A stretch of DNA of 64,000 nucleotides, taken from assembly GCA_964345045.1 (NCBI GenBank), contig CAYFPM010000003.1, positions 134,038 to 198,037 of the forward strand, read 5' to 3'. This stretch comes from an uncultured Gammaproteobacteria bacterium. Its GTDB lineage: Bacteria > Patescibacteriota > Patescibacteriia > Magasanikbacterales > UBA922. The translations under genes were made by a program, and so were the position numbers. Positions 18,725 through 27,968 of the stretch are shown piece by piece; position 1 is the first letter of the stretch, and the number at the start of each line of letters is the position of its first letter. The notes below the pieces were generated by a model. It was not told where the DNA came from. It saw nothing but the letters and a program-made list of their open reading frames with translations, and did no database searches.

Positions 18725-20164
18725 TTAAACCACTTCCCTCACTTCCAAAAGATTTACATGCCCAGCATGACCAACCGGCTCTCCAGCTACAACTACTATT
18801 TTGTCACCATCTTTTACAATATTTTTCTTTTTCAAAAAAACCAAAGATCTTTCTACCAACTCTTCTATAGAATTGCAAGGCTCTAATATAAAAGGTTTAA
18901 CCCCCCAAGACAAATTGAGTTGATGCAAAACTCTGGGAGTGCTGGTACCAACCACTATAGGAATCTCTGGACGGTGTCTAGAAATAAGTCTCCCAGTCTC
19001 TCCAGAGATAGAGGCCGCCAAAATCAATTTGGCATCTACTTGCTCGGACAAAAGTCTTGATAATTGACTAATAATATCATCTATATGAAATTTTTTGTTA
19101 GAACCAACAGCTACCTCCAAATCATCGTAAACAGATTTTTCTGTCTCTTCTATTATGCTAGACATAGTCTCTACAGTCTGAATTGGGTATCTCCCGGTAG
19201 CAGTTTCGTTCGAAAGCATAAGAGCATCAGCATGATCAATTACAGCGTTGGCCACATCAGACACTTCTGCTCTAGTTGGCCTGGGATTTTGTTGCATAGA
19301 ATCTAGCATTTGGGTAGCCACAATCACCGGCTTGGCCGCATCGAGCGCTGCGTCTATTAGCCTTTTTTGTACCAGTGGCAAATCTTCTGCCGGGGTCTCT
19401 ATACCCAGATCCCCTCTGGCAATCATAATGCCATCGACAACTTCTAGTATCTCTTTAATATTTTCTACAGCTGCGGCTCTTTCTATCTTGGCAATTATTC
19501 TTATAGGTTGCCTATCTTTTATTCCCAGTTCTTTTTCGTATTCTTTTATTAGATAACGCAAATCTATGATATCTTTGGCTCTGGTTACAAAAGATAGGGC
19601 GATTATATCTACATCGTGTTCTACTCCAAACCGAGCGTCTCTTCTATCTTTTTCTGTAAGGGCACTAACATCCAAATTGGAATCCGGGATATTAATCCCT
19701 TTGTGCGAAGTTATTACACCACCTACTATAACTTCGGCTTCTATTTTTGTTCCATCTACTGATTTTACTTTTACTTCGGATTTTCCATCGTTCAAAAGTA
19801 TTCTTTCACCAGTTTTTACAAAATTATGCAAAACCCTATAATCTACTGGGATAATGTTTTCTCTATACTCAACCGAAGATGTATCAAAAAAAATTGTTTG
19901 TCCTTCCTTTAGATTTATTCCTTTTTCTGGCAACACTCCTACTCTTATTTTGGGTCCTTGCAAATCTTGCATTATACCAACTGGCTCTTCCAATTTGGTG
20001 GAGACTTTTCTTATATTTTTGATAAGTGTTTTGTGATTTTCGTAAGTGCCATGAGAAAAATTAAGTCTGGCCACATTCATACCCGCTTTTACCATTTTTT
20101 CCAAAACATCAAGACTTTCAGAGGCTGGACCAATGGTGCATACAATTTTTGTTCTTTTTTTCAT
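18725..20164 (-). CDS. pyk: Pyruvate kinase
   Basis: MKKRTKIVCTIGPASESLDVLEKMVKAGMNVARLNFSHG..., ..MIARGDLGIE.., ..MLDSM... Full-length canonical PK. Confidence 0.95.
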   Translation of the reverse strand: MKKRTKIVCTIGPASESLDVLEKMVKAGMNVARLNFSHGTYENHKTLIKNIRKVSTKLEEPVGIMQDLQGPKIRVGVLPEKGINLKEGQTIFFDTSSVEYRENIIPVDYRVLHNFVKTGERILLNDGKSEVKVKSVDGTKIEAEVIVGGVITSHKGINIPDSNLDVSALTEKDRRDARFGVEHDVDIIALSFVTRAKDIIDLRYLIKEYEKELGIKDRQPIRIIAKIERAAAVENIKEILEVVDGIMIARGDLGIETPAEDLPLVQKRLIDAALDAAKPVIVATQMLDSMQQNPRPTRAEVSDVANAVIDHADALMLSNETATGRYPIQTVETMSSIIEETEKSVYDDLEVAVGSNKKFHIDDIISQLSRLLSEQVDAKLILAASISGETGRLISRHRPEIPIVVGTSTPRVLHQLNLSWGVKPFILEPCNSIEELVERSLVFLKKKNIVKDGDKIVVVAGEPVGHAGHVNLLEVREVV

Positions 20165-20466
20165 AAGAAATATAAAAATTTTTCCAAATCTACTTTTTTG
20201 TTTTTACAAATTACACCTTCCTCTTGGAGCAATGATATTTTCTTTTTTATACCACCAGCATAGCCACCCAAACTACCATCGCTTCTCAATACTCTATGAC
20301 AAGGAATCACCACCAAATTTTTATTTCTTCCCAAAGCATTGCCAACGGCTCTGGCAGATTTTGGTTTGCCTATAGCTTTGGCCACATCCGAATAAATCAT
20401 TACTTTTCCTTTGGGAATTTTTTTTACAATTTCATAAACATCTTCTGTAAAATTTTTTCCCGACAT
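20161..20466 (-). CDS. MGMT-family protein (O6-alkylguanine-DNA alkyltransferase C-terminal DNA-binding domain)
   Basis: 101 aa with the ..VIPCHRVLRSDGSLGGY.. active-site PCHR motif. Domain-only protein, either Ogt C-domain-like or Atl-like. Confidence 0.75.
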   Translation of the reverse strand: MSGKNFTEDVYEIVKKIPKGKVMIYSDVAKAIGKPKSARAVGNALGRNKNLVVIPCHRVLRSDGSLGGYAGGIKKKISLLQEEGVICKNKKVDLEKFLYFL

Positions 20467-20469
20467 AAA

Positions 20470-20925
20470 TTAGTTATTGTTTACACTTTGTAACAAATCT
20501 TGTATTTGTTGAGTAGATATTTGAGAAATAATATCATTTAGCTGCAAACCTTGATTCAAAGCTGATCCAGACCCAACTCCGGATAACAAATTTCCATACT
20601 GTTCCCAAAAATTTTCTACAATTGGCGGTAAATAGTAAATAGCCAACAAAAGTGGAATTATAATAATTGCTAAACGCAAATAACTACCAAAAAGCATCCA
20701 GCCCATTCTTCTTTTAATTTTTCTATTTTGTTCGTAGATAACCTGAGACCACTTTATATTTTTTTCTATCAATTCTTGTAGGGTCTCATTTTTTGCTGTT
20801 GCTACAGTTTTGGGTTTTGTTGGCTCTTTTTCATCGTCATTTACTTCTACAGGCTTGTTAAACTCTATTTTGTTTTTAGATTTTTTATCCATTTCTGGAT
20901 TTTTTTCTTCTTTTTTCATAGTCAA
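20470..20925 (-). CDS. Hypothetical membrane protein (151 aa)
   Basis: Lys/Glu-rich N-terminus, one central TM (LRLAIIIIPLLLAIYYL). No motif. Confidence 0.45.
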   Translation of the reverse strand: MTMKKEEKNPEMDKKSKNKIEFNKPVEVNDDEKEPTKPKTVATAKNETLQELIEKNIKWSQVIYEQNRKIKRRMGWMLFGSYLRLAIIIIPLLLAIYYLPPIVENFWEQYGNLLSGVGSGSALNQGLQLNDIISQISTQQIQDLLQSVNNN

Positions 20926-20930
20926 AAAAT

Positions 20931-21401
20931 TTACTTCTTTTTATTTTTTTCTAGAGATCTAATTTCTTTTTTAAATTTGCCTACATCTTCGAAGGCTCTA
21001 TATATAGAAGCAAATCTAATATAGGCCACTTTATCAAACTTGATTAAATGTTTCATTACCAATTCTCCCAATTCTTGACTGGTCAGTTCTTTTTTCTTTT
21101 TCTTTTGGATATCTCTTTCTATAGAGTGTATCAAACGATCAAAACTTTCTCTAGTATAAGGTCTTTTTGTGAGTGATTCTATAATTCCTTTTGTTAGTTT
21201 CGTCCTAGCATAAGACTCTCTTTTACCGTCTCTTTTTACTACTACAATATCCAAAAGTTCCATTTCTTCTGTGGTAGAAAAACGATAATGACATTTTTCA
21301 CATTCACGTCTTCTTCTTATAGTCATACCATCTTGAGCTAATCTAGAATCAACTACACTGGTTTTTTTGGATCTACATACAGGACAATGCATATAACACA
21401 A
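20931..21401 (-). CDS. nrdR: Transcriptional repressor NrdR
   Basis: N-terminal zinc ribbon CPVCRSKKTSVVDSR...CEKCHYRFSTTE followed by the ATP-cone region (..VVKRDGKRESY..). The start is likely the internal MHCPVCR. Confidence 0.88.
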   Translation of the reverse strand: MCYMHCPVCRSKKTSVVDSRLAQDGMTIRRRRECEKCHYRFSTTEEMELLDIVVVKRDGKRESYARTKLTKGIIESLTKRPYTRESFDRLIHSIERDIQKKKKKELTSQELGELVMKHLIKFDKVAYIRFASIYRAFEDVGKFKKEIRSLEKNKKK

Positions 21402-21517
21402 AATAAGTGAAAAACTTAAATCAAAAATTAAGTTTGTATTCTGACTACATTATACAAGACAAAAGACAAATAAAAAAGGCCTCATTTAAGGCCAATTTTA
21501 AAATCAAGATTTGCTTG

Positions 21518-22804
21518 TTATAGTCCCATTTTTTTTCGTATAAAAGCCGGAATTTCCAAATCTTCTTCGTCATCTTTTTTATTTTCTTTGACAATCGGTT
21601 CTATATCATTCTTTTTTTCATCCAAGTTTGAATTATTTGTAGATGAACCGCTTACTGGTTTGCTACTAAACCCAACAAAAGGAGTCTTTTTCTCTGTAGA
21701 ATTTTCTTTTTCTTCTTCGGTTTTTTCTTCTTTTGATTTTAGTTGTTTTTTGCCAAACATCTGAGAACCGGAATAAAAAGGCTTTTTATTGTTTATATAA
21801 TCCATGCCGCTTTCTATATTTTCCGGCAAAGTAACCTTTCTTTCTCTATCTCGATCTTCAAAACCAGTAGCTATTACTGTTATTCGAATATCTTCTCCCA
21901 TTGACTCGTCTATCACAGCCCCAAAAATAACTTTGGCGTTGTCGTCTGCCGAGCTGGTAATAACTTTGGCAGCTTCTGATACTTCTTGCATACCCAGCCC
22001 GGTACCACCGGTAATCGTAAATAGAATTCCTCTGGCTCCGTCTATAGACAATTCCAAAAGTGGGCTAGAGATAGCTGCCTTGGCAGCTGTAGCAGCCCTG
22101 TCTTCTCCTGATCCAAGTCCAATCCCCATTAGAGATGAACCTGTATCGCTCATGATAGTTTTTACATCGGCAAAGTCTACATTGATAAGCCCCGGCACAG
22201 TAATAAGTTCTGAAATTCCCTGTACACCTTGACGCAAAACATCGTCTACAATTTTGAAAGCATCGAGTAAAGAAGTTTTTTTGTCTATGATTTGTAAAAC
22301 CCTATCGTTTGGAATGGTAATAATAGTATCTACATTTCTGGCCAAATTTTCGTAAGCTTCTTCGGCAATCCCATTTCTTTGGGGACCTTCGAAAGAAAAA
22401 GGTTTTGTTACCACGGCTACTGTAAGAGCTCCTAGATCTTTGGCAATTTCTGCAATTACAGGACTAGCTCCAGAACCGGTTCCGCCACCCAAGCCGCAAG
22501 TTATAAAAACCATGTCGGCATCTTTTAGAGATTCTCTAATTTCGTTTTGGGATTCTTCGGCGCTTCTTTTGCCCATTTCAGGATCCATACCGGCTCCCAA
22601 TCCTCTGGTAACGGTTTTACCTATATGAAGTTTTTTGCTGGCACTATTGTGGTGCAAAGCTTGCACATCGGTATTCATGGCCATAAATTCTACACCACGA
22701 ATTCCACTTTTTACCATTCTGTCTACAGCAGAACCACCGGAGCCTCCAACACCGATTACTTTTATTTTTGCGAATGTTTCAATTGCAGGTTTTACTTGAG
22801 GCAT
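21518..22804 (-). CDS. ftsZ: Cell division protein FtsZ
   Basis: [17 protein letters not shown]..., [18 protein letters not shown] (tubulin signature), and a C-terminal conserved peptide [11 protein letters not shown]. Confidence 0.95.
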   Translation of the reverse strand: MPQVKPAIETFAKIKVIGVGGSGGSAVDRMVKSGIRGVEFMAMNTDVQALHHNSASKKLHIGKTVTRGLGAGMDPEMGKRSAEESQNEIRESLKDADMVFITCGLGGGTGSGASPVIAEIAKDLGALTVAVVTKPFSFEGPQRNGIAEEAYENLARNVDTIITIPNDRVLQIIDKKTSLLDAFKIVDDVLRQGVQGISELITVPGLINVDFADVKTIMSDTGSSLMGIGLGSGEDRAATAAKAAISSPLLELSIDGARGILFTITGGTGLGMQEVSEAAKVITSSADDNAKVIFGAVIDESMGEDIRITVIATGFEDRDRERKVTLPENIESGMDYINNKKPFYSGSQMFGKKQLKSKEEKTEEEKENSTEKKTPFVGFSSKPVSGSSTNNSNLDEKKNDIEPIVKENKKDDEEDLEIPAFIRKKMGL

Positions 22805-23064
22805 ATCATTTTTATAAGTACTGAGTCCACAGATCTTATGTGATTTTTATAATTGAATAGTAATGAATACATTTTTTATTCAATATAAAAATTTTGGATA
22901 AAAAATGTATTTACTAACCATAGTTTATACTCTGATATCTTTAGTGTCAAGAATACAAATAAAAACTAATTGGAAAAAAATCAATCTAAGCATTCATAAC
23001 CTATGAATACATCTAAGATCTAAAAATGAAACAAAGGGGTCTAGGGGGCAGCCTTAGCGCCCAA

Positions 23065-23090
23065 CCAAAAAACCACTGTTTATCAGTGGC
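23065..23090 (-). terminator. Intrinsic terminator after ftsA (CCACTG-ATAAA-CAGTGG + T-run on the minus strand)
   Basis: Reverse complement reads GGCCACTGATAAACAGTGGTTTTTTGG immediately downstream of the ftsA stop. Confidence 0.5.
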
Positions 23091-23110
23091 CGACTCTAAC
23101 AAAAAAATCA

Positions 23111-24376
23111 TTATGGCATTAGCCACTCCCCTGCTTTTCTCAATTGATTCAAGATTTTTTTAGTACTAATTGGATTTTTGGAACTTGGTCTAGCAATCCC
23201 AGCTCTAGGATTATCGTTTAGTTTGGCTCCCCATTTTACCAAGCCAATCGCACTAGTAAATGATATATCATTAGATTGAGACGTAATACTAGGAATATCA
23301 ATTGGGTATCCAATAGAAGCTGGCAATTTTAATACGTCTTTAGAAAGATCAATTAAACCTCCAATTTTTGCTCCACCTCCTGTAAATACTATACCGGCAG
23401 GGAGAAGCCCACTTTTCCCTATTTTTATAAGTTCATCATTTATTTTTTCTAGTATCTCTGTAGCTCTAGCTTCTACAATTTGTGAAATATAATTTCTAGT
23501 AACAACTTCTTCTGATCCAAATGGGGACAAATCTACTTTCTCTCTTTTTGGAATATGAGAAGAAACACAATAACCATGCTCAATTTTTATTTTTTCTGCT
23601 ACATCTATAGAGGTACGCAAACCAATAGCCAAATCATTGGTAATATGTTCCGAACCAATTGGTAAAACGGCTGTATGGATAACATCACCAGATTCATAAA
23701 CTACCAAACTACTGGTAGAACCGCCTATATTTACCACCCCCACACCAATTTCTTTTTGTCGGCTAGTAACAACAGCATCGGCAGTAGCCAAGGCAGACAA
23801 GACAATATCATCTATATCAATTCCTGTACGATAAACTGATTTACTAACATTTTTTAGATGAGAAGAAATTCCATGAATAATTTGTGTATCCACTTCCAAT
23901 CTTAAACCTGTCATGCCCACCGGATCTTTTATACCATGTTGACCGTCTACAGTATAACTGCGAGGCATTACATGTAACATATCATAATTTAATGGTACAG
24001 CAATAGTTCTGGCTGCTTCTATTGCTCTTTCCACATCTTCTGGAGAAATTTCTCCATCAGCTTTGGCAACCGAAATAACTCCCCGACTATTTTCACTTAT
24101 TATATCTGTACCGGTAATTCCCACCCAGGTATTTTCAATTGGTACTCCAACTAGTCTTTCTATTTTTTCTAGAGCATGAGACACAGAAGAAATAGCTTCT
24201 TCTATACTAACAACAACCCCTTTTTGGATACCATAAGAAGGCACTTCTGCAGCACCAACTATTTGTAAACTAGCTCTACCATCTGCTTCGTATGTCAATT
24301 GACCTACAGCCACTCTAATAGCGGTAGAGCCAATATCTAGCCCCGTGATCATTTCTGTTTTTTTTCTTGCTACCAT
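23111..24376 (-). CDS. ftsA: Cell division protein FtsA
   Basis: Actin-like ATPase: ITGLDIGSTAIRVAVGQ..., ..VVNIGGSTSSLVVYESG.., ..GIVFTGGGAKIGGL... Placed upstream of ftsZ. Confidence 0.9.
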   Translation of the reverse strand: MVARKKTEMITGLDIGSTAIRVAVGQLTYEADGRASLQIVGAAEVPSYGIQKGVVVSIEEAISSVSHALEKIERLVGVPIENTWVGITGTDIISENSRGVISVAKADGEISPEDVERAIEAARTIAVPLNYDMLHVMPRSYTVDGQHGIKDPVGMTGLRLEVDTQIIHGISSHLKNVSKSVYRTGIDIDDIVLSALATADAVVTSRQKEIGVGVVNIGGSTSSLVVYESGDVIHTAVLPIGSEHITNDLAIGLRTSIDVAEKIKIEHGYCVSSHIPKREKVDLSPFGSEEVVTRNYISQIVEARATEILEKINDELIKIGKSGLLPAGIVFTGGGAKIGGLIDLSKDVLKLPASIGYPIDIPSITSQSNDISFTSAIGLVKWGAKLNDNPRAGIARPSSKNPISTKKILNQLRKAGEWLMP

Positions 24377-24732
24377 AAATTACTAAAATAAGGCCAAAAA
24401 ATCAGTACCCCCACAATTACAGCTCCAATAGATACTAATAGTACTGTGGCTGCCATTATATCTTTTATCACTCCAATCTGAATATGTAGCCTTGGCTTCA
24501 ATATATCTACAAACTTTTCTATAGCACTATTGATCATTTCCAAGGACAAAACAGCCAAAATCAATAATAACAGTACTATCATCTCACTTTTCTTGATACT
24601 TAAAGATAGCATAAAAAAAACAACAAGAAAAGCGAAAAATAGCTGGATACGAAAATTCTTCTCGTGCTTATAAACAAAAGAGATACCACGAAAAGCATCT
24701 TTAAAACTTTGTTTTAATTGTCTTTTTTTCAT
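24370..24732 (-). CDS. dgkA: Diacylglycerol/undecaprenol kinase DgkA family
   Basis: 120 aa, 3 TM, DAGK_prokar-like ..NFRIQLFFAFLVV...EMINSAIE... Confidence 0.75.
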   Translation of the reverse strand: MKKRQLKQSFKDAFRGISFVYKHEKNFRIQLFFAFLVVFFMLSLSIKKSEMIVLLLLILAVLSLEMINSAIEKFVDILKPRLHIQIGVIKDIMAATVLLVSIGAVIVGVLIFWPYFSNLW

Positions 24733-25184
24733 AAAAAAATATTAGAACCTTTAACATCTTTTACAAATTTGGCTAACAATTTTTCTTGTAATGGCAACAT
24801 TACCTTGGCGTCTCTTTTTTTTATGTGGTCATAACCTGCCAAGTGTAAAATTCCATGAACCAACATTCTAACTAATTCTTCTTCAAATTTTATTTTGTTT
24901 TCTTTGGCTTGTTTTTTTATTTGTGGGATTGATATAAATATATCTCCCCAATCTTTGTTATCAAATGCATCTCCTTCTTGCATAGCAAAAGCCAAAACAT
25001 CCGTAGTTTTGTCTTTGTTCCTATATGTTCTGTTCAAAGTTCTCATTCTCTTGTCCCCCACAAAATGTACACTAATCTCGGCTTCTTTGTGGTGTAAAGA
25101 TTGTAAAACCTTGTTTACTATATTTTCTACCCTTCTTTTGGCAATACCAACCTTGTCTATCGTTTGTAGAACATAGCATGGCAT
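24729..25184 (-). CDS. ybeY: rRNA maturation endoribonuclease YbeY
   Basis: Signature HGILHLAGYDH zinc-binding motif. 151 aa. Confidence 0.9.
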   Translation of the reverse strand: MPCYVLQTIDKVGIAKRRVENIVNKVLQSLHHKEAEISVHFVGDKRMRTLNRTYRNKDKTTDVLAFAMQEGDAFDNKDWGDIFISIPQIKKQAKENKIKFEEELVRMLVHGILHLAGYDHIKKRDAKVMLPLQEKLLAKFVKDVKGSNIFL

Positions 25185-25194
25185 AGGAATAACT

Positions 25195-26370
25195 TTATTC
25201 TATACTAGTAGTAACCGAATCTGCTGGCAAATTTGTTTCTAAATTTTCCAAATTAGTATCTTCTTGAAAAGAAGGACCCGTAAAAATATTTTCTCCTGTT
25301 GTACCTGGCAGGATAGCTTGTTCTGGCAAAGCCTCTCCCCCCAATTGCGGTCTAAAACTTTGATAAAACATTTGAAAAACTCTACGAAATGGGATGGTTT
25401 CGGCAGTACTACCAGGTTGATAAATAAGTACAAAAACTTTGTCTCCGGTAGTAACATAAGCTACCAAGTTATCTACTCTTCTTACCCCTTCTATACTAAA
25501 TCTATTTACAAATTTTGTTAAATCAGAAAAAGATTCTCCAGAAATATTATTGGCAAACCAACTAGCAAAATCTTCGTTTATCTCTTTGTAAAAAGTTCTT
25601 ATTTCTATATAGTCCCCGGTAATACTACTAAACAAAACATGTTTACCATCGGCATCTACTTCGGCGGCTTCCCAATTTAATGGATAGTAAACCCTATAGC
25701 CAAATGGTTGACTGATATATTCTCTAATTAAGCCTGAGTCAATTAGTCTAACTGGAGCAAAACCTCTTGGGTTGTACAAGTTTACCACTTCTTGACCATC
25801 GTAATAACCATCTTGGTCTGAATCCCAGATTCCACTGTCGGTATCAAATATTTCTTCTTCCAAATCAGACAAAGTATCGCTATCCAAATCAACGCTATCT
25901 GCCAAAATTATTCTAGGAAAAGTTAGTGGCCTCTCTGGAATAGTTGGAGTACTAGTAGGTGCTTCTAATTCTGGTTCTTCCACAATTGGTTCTTCTATTA
26001 TTGGCTCTGGTTCTATTATTGGTTCTGGTGAAACATCTTCTATTACAACTCTTTCGGTTGGAGTTGTTGTCTCGGTAGCACTATAAAAAAAGAAATACCA
26101 AGTACCTGCCCCTACAGCTAATAATAAAACTAATATTACCAAAAACATCCAAAGTCTACTTGGTTTGGAAACTGGAGTAGATTTTGACGCCATTGGTTTT
26201 TTCTTCTTGGGGATTTCTTTGATCTTTACTGGTTTTTCTTTTTTTTGTTTTGGCTTGTGATAAACCAAGGGGTCTTTACCACCATAAAAATCTTCTGGGA
26301 TAGTAGCCAGTTTTATGTTTTTTTCTTTAGGAGTTTTATCTGTTTTTTTCTCTTTCTTCTTACCAAACAT
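25195..26370 (-). CDS. Membrane protein with a thrombospondin-type-3-like Ca-binding Asp-rich motif (paralog 1 of 3), plus an extra C-terminal domain
   Basis: K-rich N-terminus, TM (LWMFLVILVLLLAVGAGTWYFFF), acidic repeats and DLDSDTLSDLEEEIFDTDSGIWDSDQDGYYDGQEVVNLYNPRG. The same motif family appears in the two adjacent genes. Confidence 0.6.
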   Translation of the reverse strand: MFGKKKEKKTDKTPKEKNIKLATIPEDFYGGKDPLVYHKPKQKKEKPVKIKEIPKKKKPMASKSTPVSKPSRLWMFLVILVLLLAVGAGTWYFFFYSATETTTPTERVVIEDVSPEPIIEPEPIIEEPIVEEPELEAPTSTPTIPERPLTFPRIILADSVDLDSDTLSDLEEEIFDTDSGIWDSDQDGYYDGQEVVNLYNPRGFAPVRLIDSGLIREYISQPFGYRVYYPLNWEAAEVDADGKHVLFSSITGDYIEIRTFYKEINEDFASWFANNISGESFSDLTKFVNRFSIEGVRRVDNLVAYVTTGDKVFVLIYQPGSTAETIPFRRVFQMFYQSFRPQLGGEALPEQAILPGTTGENIFTGPSFQEDTNLENLETNLPADSVTTSIE

Positions 26371-26375
26371 AAATA

Positions 26376-27389
26376 CTAATTTGTAAAGCCGGTAATGTCT
26401 TCTTCTGTTGGAGGTTCAAAGATTCTACCGTCACCAGCTGGGTTATAACCATTTTTCACTTCTACCCCATCCATATAAGTATCGCCATCCGTATCTGGAT
26501 TCAAGGGATCTGTCTTCCAAATAATTACTTCGTCTCCATCGCTTAGCTCATCGCCATCGGTATCCCAGTTGGCTGGGTCTGTCCCCAAAATTTGTTCTCT
26601 AGCATTGTCGAGATTGTCACTATCGGCATCAATTGCTTCTCCAAACAAAACAGAATCATCAAAACTAACTTCTTCGGTGTCTCTACCTGTTGTATCTATA
26701 TCGCCGACAGTTTGCCCTGGGGTAACGCCATCTTCAATAGTAGTTGTGCCGTTTGGCAAAATAGTTGTATCTTCCACAACAGGAGGAGTATCGTCAAAGT
26801 CAACTCCGCTACCACGAGGAGAGGTCTCGAGAAAATTATTTTGATTGGTAGTAGGCAGTGGAGTACTGGCTGGCTCACTTGTAAAAAAATAACTATAGGC
26901 GAACCAACCCAAACCTAAAATCCCTACTATAACCAAAATAACCACAACAAAAATCATTATCCCTTTGGCAGATTTAGGAGATTTTATATTGTTTTCCATT
27001 CCTTTCATAGGACTCATATCCTTTGGAGGAATATGCATAGCCGGAGCAGCTGGAGCACCTGGAGCCGGAGTTCCAGCCATGCTAGGCGTAGCCATTGGTT
27101 CGGCCATAGTAGGAGCAGAGGATTCTGGTCTATCTCCCCCTACTGGAGTAAGTCTGCCTGTTTCCATAGCAGTTGGGATATTGGCAGCAGCATTTTCTGC
27201 TTCAGCACTTGGAGGGGGATTAAAAGGAGCTGCTGCCGAAGACGAAGGTGTCGCAGCCGGGGCAGGTTCTTGGTTAGGAGGCGTTCCTCCACCAACGTCG
27301 GGGGTACCAGCAAAAATATCTTCTGGTTCTCCCAAAGGAAGATTGCTTGGTGGAACTCCACCAGGAGTTTGGTTGTTATCGTCAAACAT
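26376..27389 (-). CDS. Pro/Ala-rich membrane protein with a C-terminal TSP3-like Ca-binding motif (paralog 2 of 3)
   Basis: P/A-rich N-terminal half, TM (IMIFVVVILVIVGILGLGWFAY), and C-terminal DTDGDELSDGDEVIIWKTDPLNPDTDGDTYMDGVEVKNGYNPAGDG. Confidence 0.6.
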   Translation of the reverse strand: MFDDNNQTPGGVPPSNLPLGEPEDIFAGTPDVGGGTPPNQEPAPAATPSSSAAAPFNPPPSAEAENAAANIPTAMETGRLTPVGGDRPESSAPTMAEPMATPSMAGTPAPGAPAAPAMHIPPKDMSPMKGMENNIKSPKSAKGIMIFVVVILVIVGILGLGWFAYSYFFTSEPASTPLPTTNQNNFLETSPRGSGVDFDDTPPVVEDTTILPNGTTTIEDGVTPGQTVGDIDTTGRDTEEVSFDDSVLFGEAIDADSDNLDNAREQILGTDPANWDTDGDELSDGDEVIIWKTDPLNPDTDGDTYMDGVEVKNGYNPAGDGRIFEPPTEEDITGFTN

Positions 27390-27402
27390 AAGCTTGTAAT
27401 TA

Positions 27403-27855
27403 TTATTGATCTAATTTTCCTTCTCCATTTGGATTATAACCGCCATAGACTTCAAAACCATCGGCATAACCATCGCCATCTGTATCTGGGTTATTAGGAT
27501 CAGTCCCCCAAATATTTATTTCCAAATTATCCGACAAACCATCGGCGTCACTATCGAATTCATTGCTACTGGTTCCCAAATTTTCTTCTTCTTGATTAGA
27601 AATACCATCACCATCAAAGTCATCTTCGCTCACGCCAGAAAAAATTATTTCTTGTGGTTCTTCTTGACTAGAAATTAATTCATTTGGCTCAAGCGCTCTT
27701 TGTTTTTGTCTAAACCTAGAAAAAGAGAAAATAAAAACCAAAATTACAATAGAAACAACAAACAAAACCAAGGCCTTTTTTCTATTTTTATTTGGATCAA
27801 CCAATTCGTAATCTTCTATCTTTCTTTCTTCTAGTGGAAGATTCTCATTTTCCAT
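27403..27855 (-). CDS. Small membrane protein with a C-terminal TSP3-like Ca-binding motif (paralog 3 of 3)
   Basis: TM (ALVLFVVSIVILVFIFSF), then FDGDGISNQEEENLGTSSNEFDSDADGLSDNLEINIWGTDPNNPDTDGDGYADGFEVYGGYNPNGEG. Confidence 0.6.
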   Translation of the reverse strand: MENENLPLEERKIEDYELVDPNKNRKKALVLFVVSIVILVFIFSFSRFRQKQRALEPNELISSQEEPQEIIFSGVSEDDFDGDGISNQEEENLGTSSNEFDSDADGLSDNLEINIWGTDPNNPDTDGDGYADGFEVYGGYNPNGEGKLDQ

Positions 27856-27968
27856 ACATTTTGTTTATTATACCATTAAAACTCTTATTATAAAAAATCT
27901 CTCAATCCAACCTCCAACAACTACAACCTACCCACTACCCACTACTCACTACTCACTAAATACCTATT

